Source of the DNA: Chrysomallon squamiferum
Lineage: Eukaryota > Animalia > Mollusca
Length of the DNA stretch: 64,000 nucleotides
Assembly: GCA_012295275.1 (NCBI GenBank)
Contig: CM022672.1
Span: 5,828,001-5,892,000, forward strand
Reading direction: 5' to 3'
Part shown: in pieces, positions 32,949 through 47,157 of the stretch
How the letters are laid out: each line of letters opens with the position of its first letter
Numbering within the stretch: the stretch's first letter is position 1
The notes under the pieces: model-generated
Seen by the model: only the letters and a program-made list of their open reading frames with translations
What the model was told of the DNA's origin: nothing
Databases searched by the model: none
Position numbers and translations under genes: made by a program

Positions 32949-35900
32949 TCAGCAATATTGTGACTGTGGCATGGAGAACGTGCTTTGATTGTCCGAGACA
33001 TTTTCCTGATCAGAGAGTGGCTTCTGTTTCTTCTGTGTCAGTTCATGCATGTGCTGGGCAGCTTTGTGAAGTTTCTCCACGAAATCTGGGACCCCTGTCA
33101 TAAAGGTATTTCAAAATGAAATTTGTGAAAACAAATTACACAGAGACAGTGTAAAGTATCTCTTAAAGACATTTTTAACAATACACATTTTAAATTTGCA
33201 GTCCTGCAGATCACTTCATTCTTATTATTTCACTGCCATATTCTCTATGATTATAAAGTTGATTATACTTGAATATTTAAAAACAAAATTTTCAGTACAA
33301 ACGAATATATATACATCACTAAAGTTTGCTCCATGCTTTTTTCCACTTAGCTGATCTCATTAATATCAAGGCGAAACATACACATTTCCACACCATTCCA
33401 GATACAATATGATTACAGAGTGAAAACTTTGTCTCTCATTCTTTAATGTATATTTATAAAATCTTGACACTGCAATTCAGATTAAACATAGCATTCACTA
33501 ATGTTTGGTTTTGTCTTTTTCAAGAATTGAACAGTCAAACATTACGTTTATACAATTTGTAAATTTCTTGCAAAACCAGTGCAAAACTTTAAAGTCTTAG
33601 TTTTTTTGTTTTACTTTTCACCCCAGAATATGCAGTATAAAATGTAGGATGCTAATACATGGTAATATAACAAAATATAAATGTAAATTAATGTATTAAA
33701 AAGTCTCCAGTCATCAGGATTAAAAAAAACATTATTTAGTTCTACATATTCCTAGTAGTAAATATTTCTCATGTAAATAAAAAGTGTATGTTATGGTAAG
33801 AAATATACAAGAGCACTTATTGGAAAACAGAAAAATTAAATAAAATCTTTGCATATTTTTGCATTTTCTATCCATAAATAGTTATGACATTATTTACATT
33901 TTATACAAATAATTTTGTCCAAATATTCAATTTTTCTTCAATATTAGCTGTTCTGTAATTTATGTTACAAATATATTTATCTGTTATAATACAACTTCAG
34001 AACACAAAGGATGTTTTACCTGTGCGAGCCATCCAGTTATAAGCAGGTGATGGGAATGCTGCCTGGGGATCATCAAAGTATGTCAGACAATAGTCAAATC
34101 CATTCTGAAATTCACAAAAAACATGCTTTGTAACACAGTATTTCAATTAATAATGTGACTAAGGATGGACATTTTCTACTTTACTGCAGAACACAAATAA
34201 ATTTCTAGTAGTAAATTTTGACATAAATGTTTGTTTATTTCTTGCTAACTGTACAGCATTTACTAATATTTAACTTCCTATTTCCATGTAATCTTTTGAA
34301 AAAATATAAAATCTGCTTCTGCTTAAATGATTTAAAGCCCTACAATTTTCTAAAGCCACAGTTGGTCACTATGAGGTTATATCTCATTTACCTCATCAAA
34401 TGAGGTGTGAGGGTGTATGACCATCGTTGATGTGTATGTAGAAACCCGAACAAAGTTTTCATCAATTGGACACGTAGGATGTTCCACGGCTCGGTTTGTG
34501 ATAAGAAGCATCTGGTTCTCATGGTCAACTTTGTATCTTCTCACATAAACATAGTCTCGGCTGTACATCGGAAACTGCAACAAGATATGACCGATGGAAG
34601 ACATCACATAACAATATCAGCTGTTTCATTAATATGCATTTTATGAAACTGTTAATCTTACTTTATGGAATAGTCTTTGATTATCAGCAAAAGATTTGTT
34701 TTATTTGCATCTTCCAAGAGAAAAGACTGAATTGTTAGGTTTCCATATCTTAACCTTGATTGGGAAAATTGGCAGATTAATACAATCACTGACTTTAAAA
34801 AAAAATAAGAAGATTGAAAAAGTGCTCAATGCTGAAATTCTAAATTTAGTCATAATATATTTATGTATTAATAACAATATAACAAGAACAAAAAATAGTT
34901 TGTAAAAGTTTTTTTTTTGTAACTTTCTATGATACATATAAATAACAGCTTTATTAAAAAGTTCCCAGGAAAGTTTGCGATACAAAAATCAGGACTGGGG
35001 ATGTACATTGATAATATAATCACAGTTCTGTACTTCCATTTTCTTCCTGGCAATAATTCAGCACACATCAATTATCATAATAAAAAATACCAAAACACTT
35101 ACAGGATATTTCATTTTCCAATAAACAACTTCTGAATCAGATTCTTCATCGTGATCAACAACTTGAATATCGATTGTCAGTCTGTCCCACTGTTTTCTGA
35201 ATGACAGATCCACCTGAATCAGTAATAGAAAGAAAGAAATACACATTTTCAGTAAGTCAGTTTATTAAAACCATTGTTAAATGCATTGAAAAACAAAAAA
35301 ACCCCATCAGTCTTAGTTTTAGAACTGGATATTTTTTTGACAGATAAATTCGTGATAAATATTTAGTATATCAGCAGATATTCAATGGGAAAGAAAAATC
35401 TTTCACCTGTCAAAACATAAAAGAATTAACACATTTTAACATCTTTTCACATTTTAAAAGAGCCTGTGATAACATTTTTAAATAATGATTTTTTAAATAT
35501 TATTTTGTAAGATAAGAACTCTCACATAGCAATTAAAGGAACAACATTTTTTTTTTTTTGAGAAAAACACTTGTATTCGTAATTCAATCATGATGTAATG
35601 AGAAAACATCCCAGTTTGGTTTTGAGAAAACTGATGCTGCAACTTATCTGACCAGTGCTCTAAACCACAGGCTTTAATTAATTTAATAAAGTTTATTACC
35701 TGTGTATTATAAAATGCCCTTGCAGGAATATCACTGAATGTTCCATAAACTGTCAATAAATTTATAAAAATAGATCAACTACCTGGTTAAAACATTTTAA
35801 ACCATGAATTTATAAAAATTGTAATTGTCAGTGTTGGTTAACAAGTATTTCAAGCTTGAAAGCAAGTACTAATTATCATATTTCACAATCCAAGTGTAAC

Positions 35901-37137
35901 ATGTATTATATAATTAAACTGTATCAATTAATTATGAAACAAAAGGATGTATAATTTTTTCTTTCTTCAGTATACAGATCTAAAAAATGCATTTCACTTA
36001 GTGACATGCACCTTCTCAAGACAATGAATGAAAACAAATTATCTACTTTAAATAAAAGAATGTAAAACGAGTAAATACTTTTTATTTATTATTATATTTT
36101 TAACCTCTGTATTGGTAGGTGTAGCTATCATGGACAGGTCTTCTCCAAACTTTCAAATGCTGTTTGTCAATAACTTTCTCCCATCCAGAACAATCTTGTT
36201 TCTCAACTTGCATGGGTTGATGAACTAAACTCTGAACTTTGACCATCTCATCTTCAAACCTAAAATGATTAATCATTAAATATGTAAATTTCTGGTCAAA
36301 CTAATAATAAAATTTGAAATATATAAATTTTAACAAATATAACTAATGTCAATTTACAGATAAGATATATATTAAATTAACATTAATAAATAACAATGTT
36401 AATATTATCAATTTCCTTATTTTTTTTACAAGTGGTATAAAAATAGCTAAACTTTAAAACTGTATGATTGTTGAAGTTTTGAAGCTATTATTATAATGTA
36501 GTTTTAATTCAAAAGCTATTACAACAGAATGTTCCAAAGTATTTAATAAAACTGCTTAATAAATTAAAACATCTGTATATGAACTATCTGCATTTTCTCA
36601 TTGTACATGTCAGGTTCACTTGTGGATGTGATAACTATGACCTTGTGAGGGGCGACATATTTGAGGGAGGCAATTTTGTAAATAATTGAAATACATTTAA
36701 ATTTACCCTTTTAGCTCCTCGTCTGTAACTCGTTTGTCATCCCAAGAAAAAAATGCTGCACCCAGTAAGGCAAATAATGATTTGTTGGTGCGTAACAAAG
36801 ATCCTTTAAATCGGTCAGCAAATTTTATCAACATTACCTCTCCATAGAGCCTTTTGTACAGGTTAAGAATTTGCGATGCTCTTCTTACTTTCTGTACAGC
36901 TATTGCGTTGCACTGCTTAGCGAAACATTCACTTACAGCGTTTACAACCTCTGAGACAGACTTTTTTATGTGGGTGACACTTTGCGTACAACTCTGTCCG
37001 AACATTAACCTGGCACACCGGTTACCAACCATGTCTGATACATTTTGCACGCACACTGCAGTTGTCTTGTTGCGATGTACTTGCAAGATTCTAGTCCATA
37101 ATAATTTCATATTGAATAAAATCGTCTCATTTGACAT
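32949..37137 (-). CDS. STARD7: StAR-related lipid transfer protein 7 (phosphatidylcholine transfer START domain with N-terminal mitochondrial-type extension), 386 aa
   Basis: Exons 37137-36707, 36259-36105, 35749-35700, 35213-35103, 34574-34392, 34104-34020, 33094-32949 (TGA) join in frame. Motifs: VRRASQILNLY, FSWD, WEKVIDKQHLKVWRRP..YQYRVYGTFSDIPARAFYNTQVDLSFRKQWD, YPFPMYSRDYVYVRRY, FDENGFDYCLTYFDDPQ, GVPDFVEKLH. Confidence 0.93.
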
Positions 37138-38242
37138 CCTGATACTGTTACCTTAAAATATAAATTAATAATTCTTCGAAAAACTTTCAACAGTTCCAAC
37201 GCACGAGCACATACGAATAGTAGAATTTTGTAGACCACACCATAAATTGATAAATAAGAATGTTTGAAAAAAAAAATATTAATCAGGATAGATGGAATTC
37301 GTAAAAGTATGGAACATGATTCCCTTATCTATTCTAGAATCAAAGAGATTAAATAAAAAATTTCAAAATAATATTTATATTTATTTGCTTAGTTTTGGCA
37401 GTTAAATACTTTTCAGTTGGTAAAGTCTGTATGCTATCGGAAATGACGACCTTGATTAAACTGGAGTACTAAACATCAAACTGAAATACAAATCCACTTC
37501 AGTTGAACGGAGATGATTGCATCATAATATATAATAATGGTTGTATAGAAAAAAATCAGATGTAACAAAAAAAAAAAAAAAAAAAAAAAAAAAACCAACA
37601 ACGTAAATTTGTTATTGAAATGTCTAATTTTATTTAGGAGGATTTTAGAATGTTAGAAATAGCACACACATTAAAATTAACAGATTTTGTCCGAAATAGA
37701 GGTTCGTTAAGTGTATAAATTACATAAAGAAGCATATATTTATTGAAATATGTTTCTGTTTGTATAAAATATCAAATATTAGAATTACTATTACTACTAC
37801 CTCTGCTGCTATTTTTATTACTACAACTATTATTACCACGGCTACTAGTACGGCTGCCACGTATTATCAGCTATTTCAGTATTTGGCCCTGTATGACATT
37901 ACATTGCTTTTAATTAAGAATGTTACCAAACAAATTGTCACAGAACTCTTTTTTTCAAGAAATGTGGAATAAAGCAAAAGTATAAGTTTGGCATGTGGAA
38001 GATGTATACGATATTCTGTCGTGACAAGTATCAATGTTTCATAATAAATAACACAGAACAGAGCTAGCATTATCAACAGCAAAAATTCATTGTACGCATG
38101 CATTAAACGAAAACTACATGTAGTTTAGTAGCAAGTACCACGAGAAAATACGCGATTCCACCATAGCAACAGACTGTCACAACATGGATGCTATGTGCTT
38201 GAAAACAGTGTATAATCAATGGGAATAAGCTAGTATTGAAAT
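37138..38242. promoter_or_regulatory. Divergent promoter region STARD7/CFAP43, with RFX X-box-like CCATAGCAAC at 38161-38170
   Basis: Head-to-head ATGs ~1.1 kb apart and CpG-enriched. ATAGCAAC matches the conserved half of the RFX X-box ~75 bp upstream of the ATG of a ciliary gene. Confidence 0.55.
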
Positions 38243-38463
38243 ATGGATCAGTTTGGAGTTTTGGAACTATCGTAAGTTATCTGCACAATAAGATTTTTGT
38301 AATTTAACATATGAAACTTTTGTTGCGTTAGGTTTTTTCACCAGACGAATGTGTTTGACGAATGTGACAGCCAGTGTGGCAGTGGATAATTAGAATCAAT
38401 CCATTACATTTTTCAGTTAATAATAAATTAGATTATTTTTATGTGATGTAATAATTTATTTAT

Positions 38464-38550
<87 letters not shown>

Positions 38551-39255
38551 TAACAAAAACAACATGTAACAATAAATAATAACAGTATTAGAAGACCAGC
38601 ACATTAATACTGCCATCTTTTTCTAAAAGTTAGATACATTAGATAATTCTGCAATACATATCAACAGTATGTAAGTGTGATAATATTAACTGAAACTGAA
38701 TCTGTCATTAGAAAATTTTCTTTATTCATCAAAACTGATAAAATTTTTTTTTTTTTAAATAATAATAAATAAATAAATAAAATTTCCTTTATTCATCAAA
38801 ACTGATAAAAAAAAAAAAGAATAAATAAAATCAATAAATAAATAAATAATAAAGAAAGATAGACATAAAAAAAAAAAAAACAAGAAGAAAGTATTCATAT
38901 AAATTGTTTTTAAAAATATAATTATTAGAGTAAGAAAGTAATAGAAGAAAGCAGTCCAGACACTCTACATGTATTTTCTCTTTTAGATGGGCTCAGGGCA
39001 TAACAGGTACCGAGGCACATTATATTGATAAAGAAATTATCTGTTATCAGTGTGGGAAGAATGTGAAATTCCTCCATGAAGATGGATCAGAAGAAATTTT
39101 TGCATTTAAAGGAGAAGGGCAAGGACCGATTGCTATTCATGAAGTTAACAAACATTTTGCTGTGGCAGAACATTGCCTGAAGCCGAAAATCTTCATCTAT
39201 GATTTTGACACTTTGGATGAAATTGCTGTTCTGGCTGGTTTGTACATTTTTGTAC

Positions 39256-39297
<42 letters not shown>

Positions 39298-42200
39298 TAT
39301 GAAAATAATAATAATAATAATAATAATGAAATATCATTTAAAGTTTGAATTATATCTAGAGTTCAACTATTGATTGATCAATTACATTGTTGTAGGTGTT
39401 GCTGTATATAATATGATACTGATAAAATATATGAATCATAACAAACCTTATCTCATCACTGTGATATTTTAAATATTTCTTAAGTCAGTGTGTTTTCTGT
39501 TACTGTCAGAGGGAGCAAAGCTGGAGTTTCAGAAACTTGTTTTTTCTGCCAGTGAATATCTAGCCAGCATTTCAGGAATCCCTGACTTCGAACTGATGTT
39601 GTGGTGAGTATCATTATTAGTCTGGAGTAAGGACCCATTAAAAAAGAAAACGTTTCTGAAAGCTTCATAAATATATATTTTTTTCTTTTTATTTCTTTTC
39701 TTTTCTTTATTTATGTGTTTGTTTTTTTAAAGCATTTTTATTAAAAAAAAAGAGGAAAGGTTACGTAAAAAATATTTGCAGTACAAAGTCGATGCTAAGT
39801 TTCACTGCACATTTTGTATAACAGGATGTAAATATTCTTATATCTAAATGCAGCCTTTTGAAAACTTATGCTTTGATCAGAATAGTAATTTGTATTAAAT
39901 GTTTGCTTCTATTCTTTCTACTAATATTTGATTTATTTATTAAATTTGTTTATTGTTATTTCTGTTATTGTTTTTTAAAAAATTTTAAAATCTCTATAAT
40001 TTTAATAATGTTTTTCTCATTTTTTTTCATTAAAGTACATTCTTCATTTTGCTTAAACAAAATTAAGAAAAAAAAAAAATTCATGGAATATCTTACCATG
40101 AAATACCAAAAGCATACCTAGTCTTGTAATATTTTTATAATTTGTTTTTTGTTATCACAACATTCTCTACATTACAGGAGATATAAGACTGGTGAAAAGC
40201 TAACATCTGTGAAAATATCTTCTGAGCCTATCACCAGCTTTGGGTTCAATCCTGCAAACTGGCGTGATATCTGTGTAACAACAGCCAAGGAAATCACAGT
40301 ATGGCAGGCAGAACAGTCCAACAAGAAATTCATACTCCTTCCACAGTATGTTGTAAAATTTTTCAAAAATCTGCTATAAAAATTATAGGTTTAAAATGAC
40401 TACAGTTTCAAGAAATGCTTGCTTTTTCTGCTTATATTATATTTAAAAAATTAGTTGCCTACACATTCTGTTAATCTAAATCCAAACTGTTAAATTTATA
40501 ATATTTTATTGTGCACAAAGCATCACTTGTATAATTATATATAGATGTATTATTGGTTTGGAGTAAAAGTTTGTAGCATTTTTCAATAGGTGATGTTTGA
40601 TTGAAATATAAGATATTTATATACACATTCTGAAAGGTGAACAAAATGTAAGTTAATATTTGTTGTTAACTTCAGTTTGTTCCAAAAAACAAATGATCTA
40701 ATCACATATATTTACAGAAAGGCTTTTTGATTAATTTATTTCAGAAAGGTGAGGCTGCCTCCTGAGGACCCATTCATTGCGGAGGAAATTAAGGAAGAAG
40801 TGATAACAAGGGCCTCCACCCGTATGTCACGATACACAGTGGATTTGCCAAAAGCTGCTATTGCTGGTCTTGTAGGAGAACTGGCAGAGAAACTTGACGA
40901 AATTCAGGACACAGTTCCTCGTGTGAAGCCTACATCTCAAAGCTGGACACCTGCTGGTGAAATCTACATTGGATGCAAAGGGGGACAACTGTTAAAGGTA
41001 TGACATTATGTTAGGATTTCAGCTTAACTGATTTAAGATTACCAAATTATTTAAAACAAATTTCACTTCGTTTTTGTGGGTATATGTATTTTATTTTGTT
41101 AATGCTAGTGGTGGATCAACAAATAATGGCAGCACTTTGCAAGACAGAAAGCTTTCATCCTGTACAGATAATTTTTATCCTGTACAGATAACCAAGAGAT
41201 TGGAACGTCTCCAGAGTTTTGCATTTCTGCTATAATTTTGTTCGAGTGTATAAAATGATTGCCATTCTGTGCATTTTTCAGCTGGATGCTGAGACTTTTA
41301 CTGCAAGATGTCTGTACTACCCACCTGCAGCTGTCAGTGAACCACAGTCGGGACCTCCCAGTGCTCACAAGAGCAGATCTGACATTCACGGCAGACCTTC
41401 AAGTCACTACAGCCAGATCAGTCATTTTAGTCAGACTAGTCACCTCAGCCAGACCAATGTACACGACCAGAGCACTGTACATTACCAGAACACTGTACAT
41501 GACCAGCCAAGTGACCTAGACCAGCTCAGTGACCATGACCAGACCAGTCAAGAACAGCTGGTGCACCAAGAACTTCCCGCTGACCACGATCATAGCAGTT
41601 ACCACGAGCAGATCACTCGTGAGGATGGTATGTTTTTAAAAGTTTTTATTAAATGTGTTGCTCTTCTAATGGTACATCATATTAAAGATAAATATCTTAC
41701 CTTGACCAGTGGTTTTTAAATAACACTTTGCTTACAGTTTCAATTAATAAGTTTCAAATTTAATTCTGATGGATAGGAGTTGATTTTCCATTAGGGTTAT
41801 CTTTAATAAATGAATACAAACATTTATTTTATAAGTGTTTTTATTTAGTAATTGCCTTCTGTCATTATGCTGTATCCACTTTCAGTCAAATAGACAGATA
41901 TAAACATTTACTACAGTGCTTCTAGATCTTTCATAAACTGTTAATAAAGATTGGCTCCTTTAGTCTTTTTTTTTTTTTTAAAAAGAAGAAAAAAGTATTA
42001 TTTTAAATAACTAATAATGATTCAGTAATATTATTATTAATAATTGTTATCATTATTCAAAACATTTTCATCATGTAACTGTTACAATATTATATATGTT
42101 TATTAAAGACAGTTAATAATGATTTTAACTATGGTTTACAAACAGTTTGTTCAGTATCACTATCAAAAATGAATGGTGCGTGACTTGAATTTCGAAAACT

Positions 42201-45200
42201 ATAGTTATGCAGTACTGTATTATCATTAATATATTTTTATTTAAATTTAATAAAGTCAAATATGCAGCATCTATAACCTTCCCTAATATTTCACAAATTT
42301 TTAACATTTTGTTCAGTAATAGTATTATTATTATTAAAGAGTGGGTTCAGTTCTTGAATTTTAAAAAAAGGATGTGTATACAGTTCTATATTATCAATGT
42401 ATTTTTAGTGAATGAAGGAATGGAAGAGGTAAAGAGTCCAGTGTTGGCTGGAAGTCTCAGTGCTATTGGATTCCATAAAGATGGTCTGTACGCTGCTGGA
42501 GAGGTCAGTGCAACAGTGTAGTTTTTTTTCTTGAAACTGTTGAAATTAAATAAAGTTTTGATAAGTAAAGATCTTTTTCCTTTGATGACAGATATACACA
42601 TGTTACAAATGGTTTCTCTTCTTACATCTGTGAGTTAGATCTGAAAGTATGTTGAACAGGTGAAGGTATGAAAGAAACATTAAAGAAAATCTTCTTAAAA
42701 TGTTTTTCTTAATGATTAAAATGACATAAATAGGATGATTAATAATTAAGATGACATAAATAGGATGATTAACAGTTCAGATGACATAAATAGGATGATT
42801 AACAATTAAGATGACATAAATAGGATGATTAACAGTTAAGATGACATAAATAGGATGATTAACAGTCAAGATCGACATAAATAGGATGATATGGAAAAAG
42901 ATAATGGAGAGACAGATGACTGTTGTTGAAGATAATGGATCTGATGTTGGAGAGTCAGGGTTTGATCCTGCTTGTGTAGAGTTGGTTTGGTGTTTCTACC
43001 GAGACAGTTTCTTGAAGGATCACTTGAACAGAGAATTCCTTTTCTTATGACAAATGACCAGGTTAACCATCTGGCACACTTTAGTTAATCTATGCATTAG
43101 GATTTTGCCATCCCTGCTTCAGCAAGACAAAATGCCTTCATTAAAACCGTTTCAGGTTCTGAGGTCCTGGCATAATATTGTCTATCTTCAAAATGCAAAA
43201 TATTTTGGTGTGCATTGCAAAGAAAGTAGTTGGTCCTTTCATTATTACTAGACATTACATACATTTCCAATAATGCAGATGCCTAGAGATGCCTAAACAG
43301 ATACAGTTGAACATTTTAATGATAAGTGTACATGCACATTTGCATCTGTAGATATATATTTGAATAAGTGCATTGTGTTTGTATGGGTGTGTGATTTGTT
43401 TTGTGACTATGATTTATTTAAAAGTATATAGTTTATTGTTATACACTAAGGTATGTGTGCATATGTTTTTGTGTGTGGTATGTATAAGTGAAAGGATGTA
43501 ATTTGTATCTGTGTCTAAAAATAAATTTTTGTTCAAACCTAATTTTATTTCTTATATTGATAATGATTCTATTTGAAATGTATGTATGTTCATGTTCATT
43601 CAGTCTCAGTTTATTTCACAATTTATATCTCTTAGGTACAACACATGTTTTGGATCTTTTTCTAATTTTATATTTAATATTAATTTCTTTTTATATGCTT
43701 TTATGGAAACAACAAACAAAAATACCAAACCACAACAACAACCCAACAATGTTTTTATTTCTATTTAAGGATGGCACAGTAAGAAAAATCAACCTGCTTC
43801 ACGAGGAATTCCAGGTGGAAGAAGAGTGCAGAATTGGAGCACCCATCTCCTCGCTGTTTTTCTCCAGAAATTACTGCCACCTTGTTCTCTTATCACCACA
43901 TGTAATGTGTTCACTTTTACCATATTATTGAAAACATACTGGTGATTTCATAAGATCAAAAAAAAAAAAAAAAAGAATTAAATAAACAGAATGTTCAGTA
44001 AAACTGTATATTTCAGGAATTACTAAAGTCATACTGCAACATCTTTGAGATATTTAGCATCATAGATTTTCAACATTGTTACTGATTTTAAGGAAAGAAC
44101 CTTAAAAGCTAAGAACACTAGATTTATACTTGTTATCACTTTATTTTTCATAATAAAATATTTCTTTAATTAATTTTATTCTTACTTTAATTAATACTAT
44201 TATTTTTATTATTAATCAAAATAGTCATGTTGTTACTTTTATTTTTTATTATTAAAACTGAAATTTCTATTATTATTTACATCTTCTTATTATTATTGTG
44301 ACATTTATTTATTTTATCATTATTCAGCATGTGAACTTTTAAAACTTTTTGATATAAGAAATATAATTATTTAATTTTTGTTTATTACACTGATATTTTC
44401 CAGGGGTCAGTCTATCTGTATGAAACTGGACATACAAAGAGTTTAGTTATGTTAAAAGACATTCACTATGGCAAGTTCATAGGTGTGTGCCAGCTGGCTG
44501 GCATGTCCAAGGAATGTGTTGTAAGTAGTGTTTACAAGGAATGTGTTGTAAGTAGTGTTTACAAGGAATGTGTTCTAAGTAGTGTTTACAAGGAATGTGT
44601 TGTAAGTCGTGTTTACAAGGAATGTGTTCTAAGTAGTGTTTACAAGGAATGTGTTGTAAGTAGTGTTTACAAGGAATGTGTTGTAAGTAGTGTTCACAAG
44701 GAATGTGTTGTAAGTAGTGTTTACAAGGAATGTGTTTTAAGTAGTGTTTACACAGAATGTATTATCAGCACTTCTTACAAAGACTGCTCTTGTACGAAAG
44801 GCTTACCAAGTACTGTTTACCCAGAATATAATTAGCACTTCTTACAAAGAATATCTTGTATGAAATATTTACAAGGAATATATAATTAGCACTTCTTATA
44901 AAGAATGTCTTGTATGCAATGTTTACAAGGAATATATAATTAGCACTTCATATAAAGAATGTTTACCCAGAATATAATTAGCATTTCTTATAAAGAATGT
45001 CTTGTATGAAATGTTCATAAAGATATATAAGGAATGCAAGTATTGTTTGTAAGGAATGATTATCATTATTACAAGAAATGGTTACCTTTACTGTGAATAA
45101 TAAATGATGTTTACTAGGAAAGTGTAAGAACTGTTTACAAGGAATTATAGGTATTGTTTATAAGGAATAATAAACATTTACAAGAAATGTTTATTATATT

Positions 45201-47112
45201 TTACATTTACTATGAATAATGAGTGATGTTTACAAGAAACGTATATGATAAAACTGTTGACAAGGAATAATAAAGGTTCTCAATGAATAAGAAGAAAATG
45301 AATGACATTAACATACATAAAGAGTCGTGACTGAATCTTTGTTTACTTTAATAAAATTATCTCAGTTTGCAAAAATAATATGACAAAGTAATGCCTTATG
45401 TAGAAAATATTTATTTATTTACTTATTTATTTATTGAAGAGTTGTAAAGAAGATGGAGTCTTGCAGGCATGGAACATTGAGGATGGACAGTTGATATCTA
45501 CTCTGTTTTTAGATATTCAGGTGCTTGTTAATATTTTATTTTTTCTTCCCTTTCCTCCTTTTTTTTACCAGTTATTTTCTTTCTCTTTTTGTTTCCTCCT
45601 GAACATTTTTATTTTGCCTTTTTATTTTTATCTTCTTTTATCTACTTTACATTTTATATTTACTTTTATTTGTTTTTCTTTTATTATTTCATTTTTTTTC
45701 TTTCTTGTTTATATCTAAAAAAAAAAAGTATTATTGATGGATAATAATTTGGAATGATAAGGTTTTCTATGTTGTTATTTATTTATTTATTTATTTATTA
45801 TTTTATTTATATATTTATTTATTTATTTATTTACTTATTTATTTATATTAAAATATCAATCAAAAATGTTTTACCATAACTAATTCTGTTTATAACTATA
45901 ATTTTAGTTATTTTATGAAATTAATTTCAGGCCACATGTATGGCTGGCAGCCCTCTCTGTCACTACGTCATTGTGGGCAGCAAGAGTGGACACGTCTTCT
46001 TTGCAGACTACACCACAGCTGAAGAACCCCGAATTGTTTACAGCATTCGACTCTTTTCTGGACCCGTCAACCATCTGGTGTATGTATTTTCATTTATCTG
46101 TTTAATATGGCTTTCTCTGAAATTAAACTTATGCCTACAGTGTTTTCCTTTCTTTCTTTGTATCTAAGAAAATATTGATGAACAGTCATTTTTAATGTTA
46201 ACATTTTTCTTGCTGTTTTTTCACTTCTGTTTATTATGATTGTAAATATGTTAAAATGTGAAACTTTTTTTTCAGTGTTTTCTCATATTTCTTCTAACAG
46301 CTGTTATTAATGTTATCATTATTGTCATTATAAATTGTAATTGTTGTTGTTGTTGTTATGAAGATGATGAAAAAGGTTTTTTGGTTGTTTTTTTTCAAGA
46401 TTTGATGATGATGGTACTTTCTGTTTTGCTGCTTCTGAAAGGGAACATGTCATTTTTATAGATGGCCATCCTTCAAGACGTTTTAATCCTTTGGGATACA
46501 CAGGTAACTTTTATTTATTATTAAAGGCAATTTATAGCTGCAAAATATACCCAAAATGACAGTTAAAAGATTTATTTTTTTCTCAATAAAATGACCAGAA
46601 ATGCTAACCTTAGAATAGTTAGTTATTGTAAGAAAATGCTCTTGACTGTCAACAATTTAATATGATGTTTATCATTGGACTTGGAAGGAAGAAAAAAGCT
46701 GATCATCCAATACTGTTTGATTATTTGGAAAAATTAACACTTTAAATATACTCAATAAACTATTCATTTTAATGAAATGTCCAAAATCTTAGCATGTCTT
46801 CTGGTAATTTAAAATATCCAAGCATATCTCTTTTTTTTTCTCACATATGTTTTTTAATTGGTTGCAGTGGTGAAAGGGGATATTATTGGACTGTCAACCT
46901 ACATCAATGGAAGGGACATCCAGCTGGTTGTCACCACCAACACAACCAAGAACAAGGGACATGGAGCCAATGAGCTGACATACTACTTGATAACACAGCA
47001 GTTTATGAGAGGTAAAGCCATACATACATGCTCTAAAAACATAACTGCATACAGACACTCGTACATTTTCACAAATGCACACTCATATATTAAAATATAA
47101 CAGTACTCAAAT

Positions 47113-47157
<45 letters not shown>

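Noticed and set aside
41791-41800. TTAGGG telomeric motif, looked for because of the TRF gene
   Set aside because: Only isolated single copies; no interstitial telomeric array.
42711-42890. CRISPR-like pattern (constant 20-mer with variable 10-mer)
   Set aside because: The 'spacers' are only 10 bp and are variants of each other; the context is a eukaryotic intron with no cas genes. It is a minisatellite.
44449-44835. 128-aa ORF with KECVVSSVY repeats as a standalone protein
   Set aside because: It is CFAP43 exon 9 read through into the intronic 27-bp repeat.
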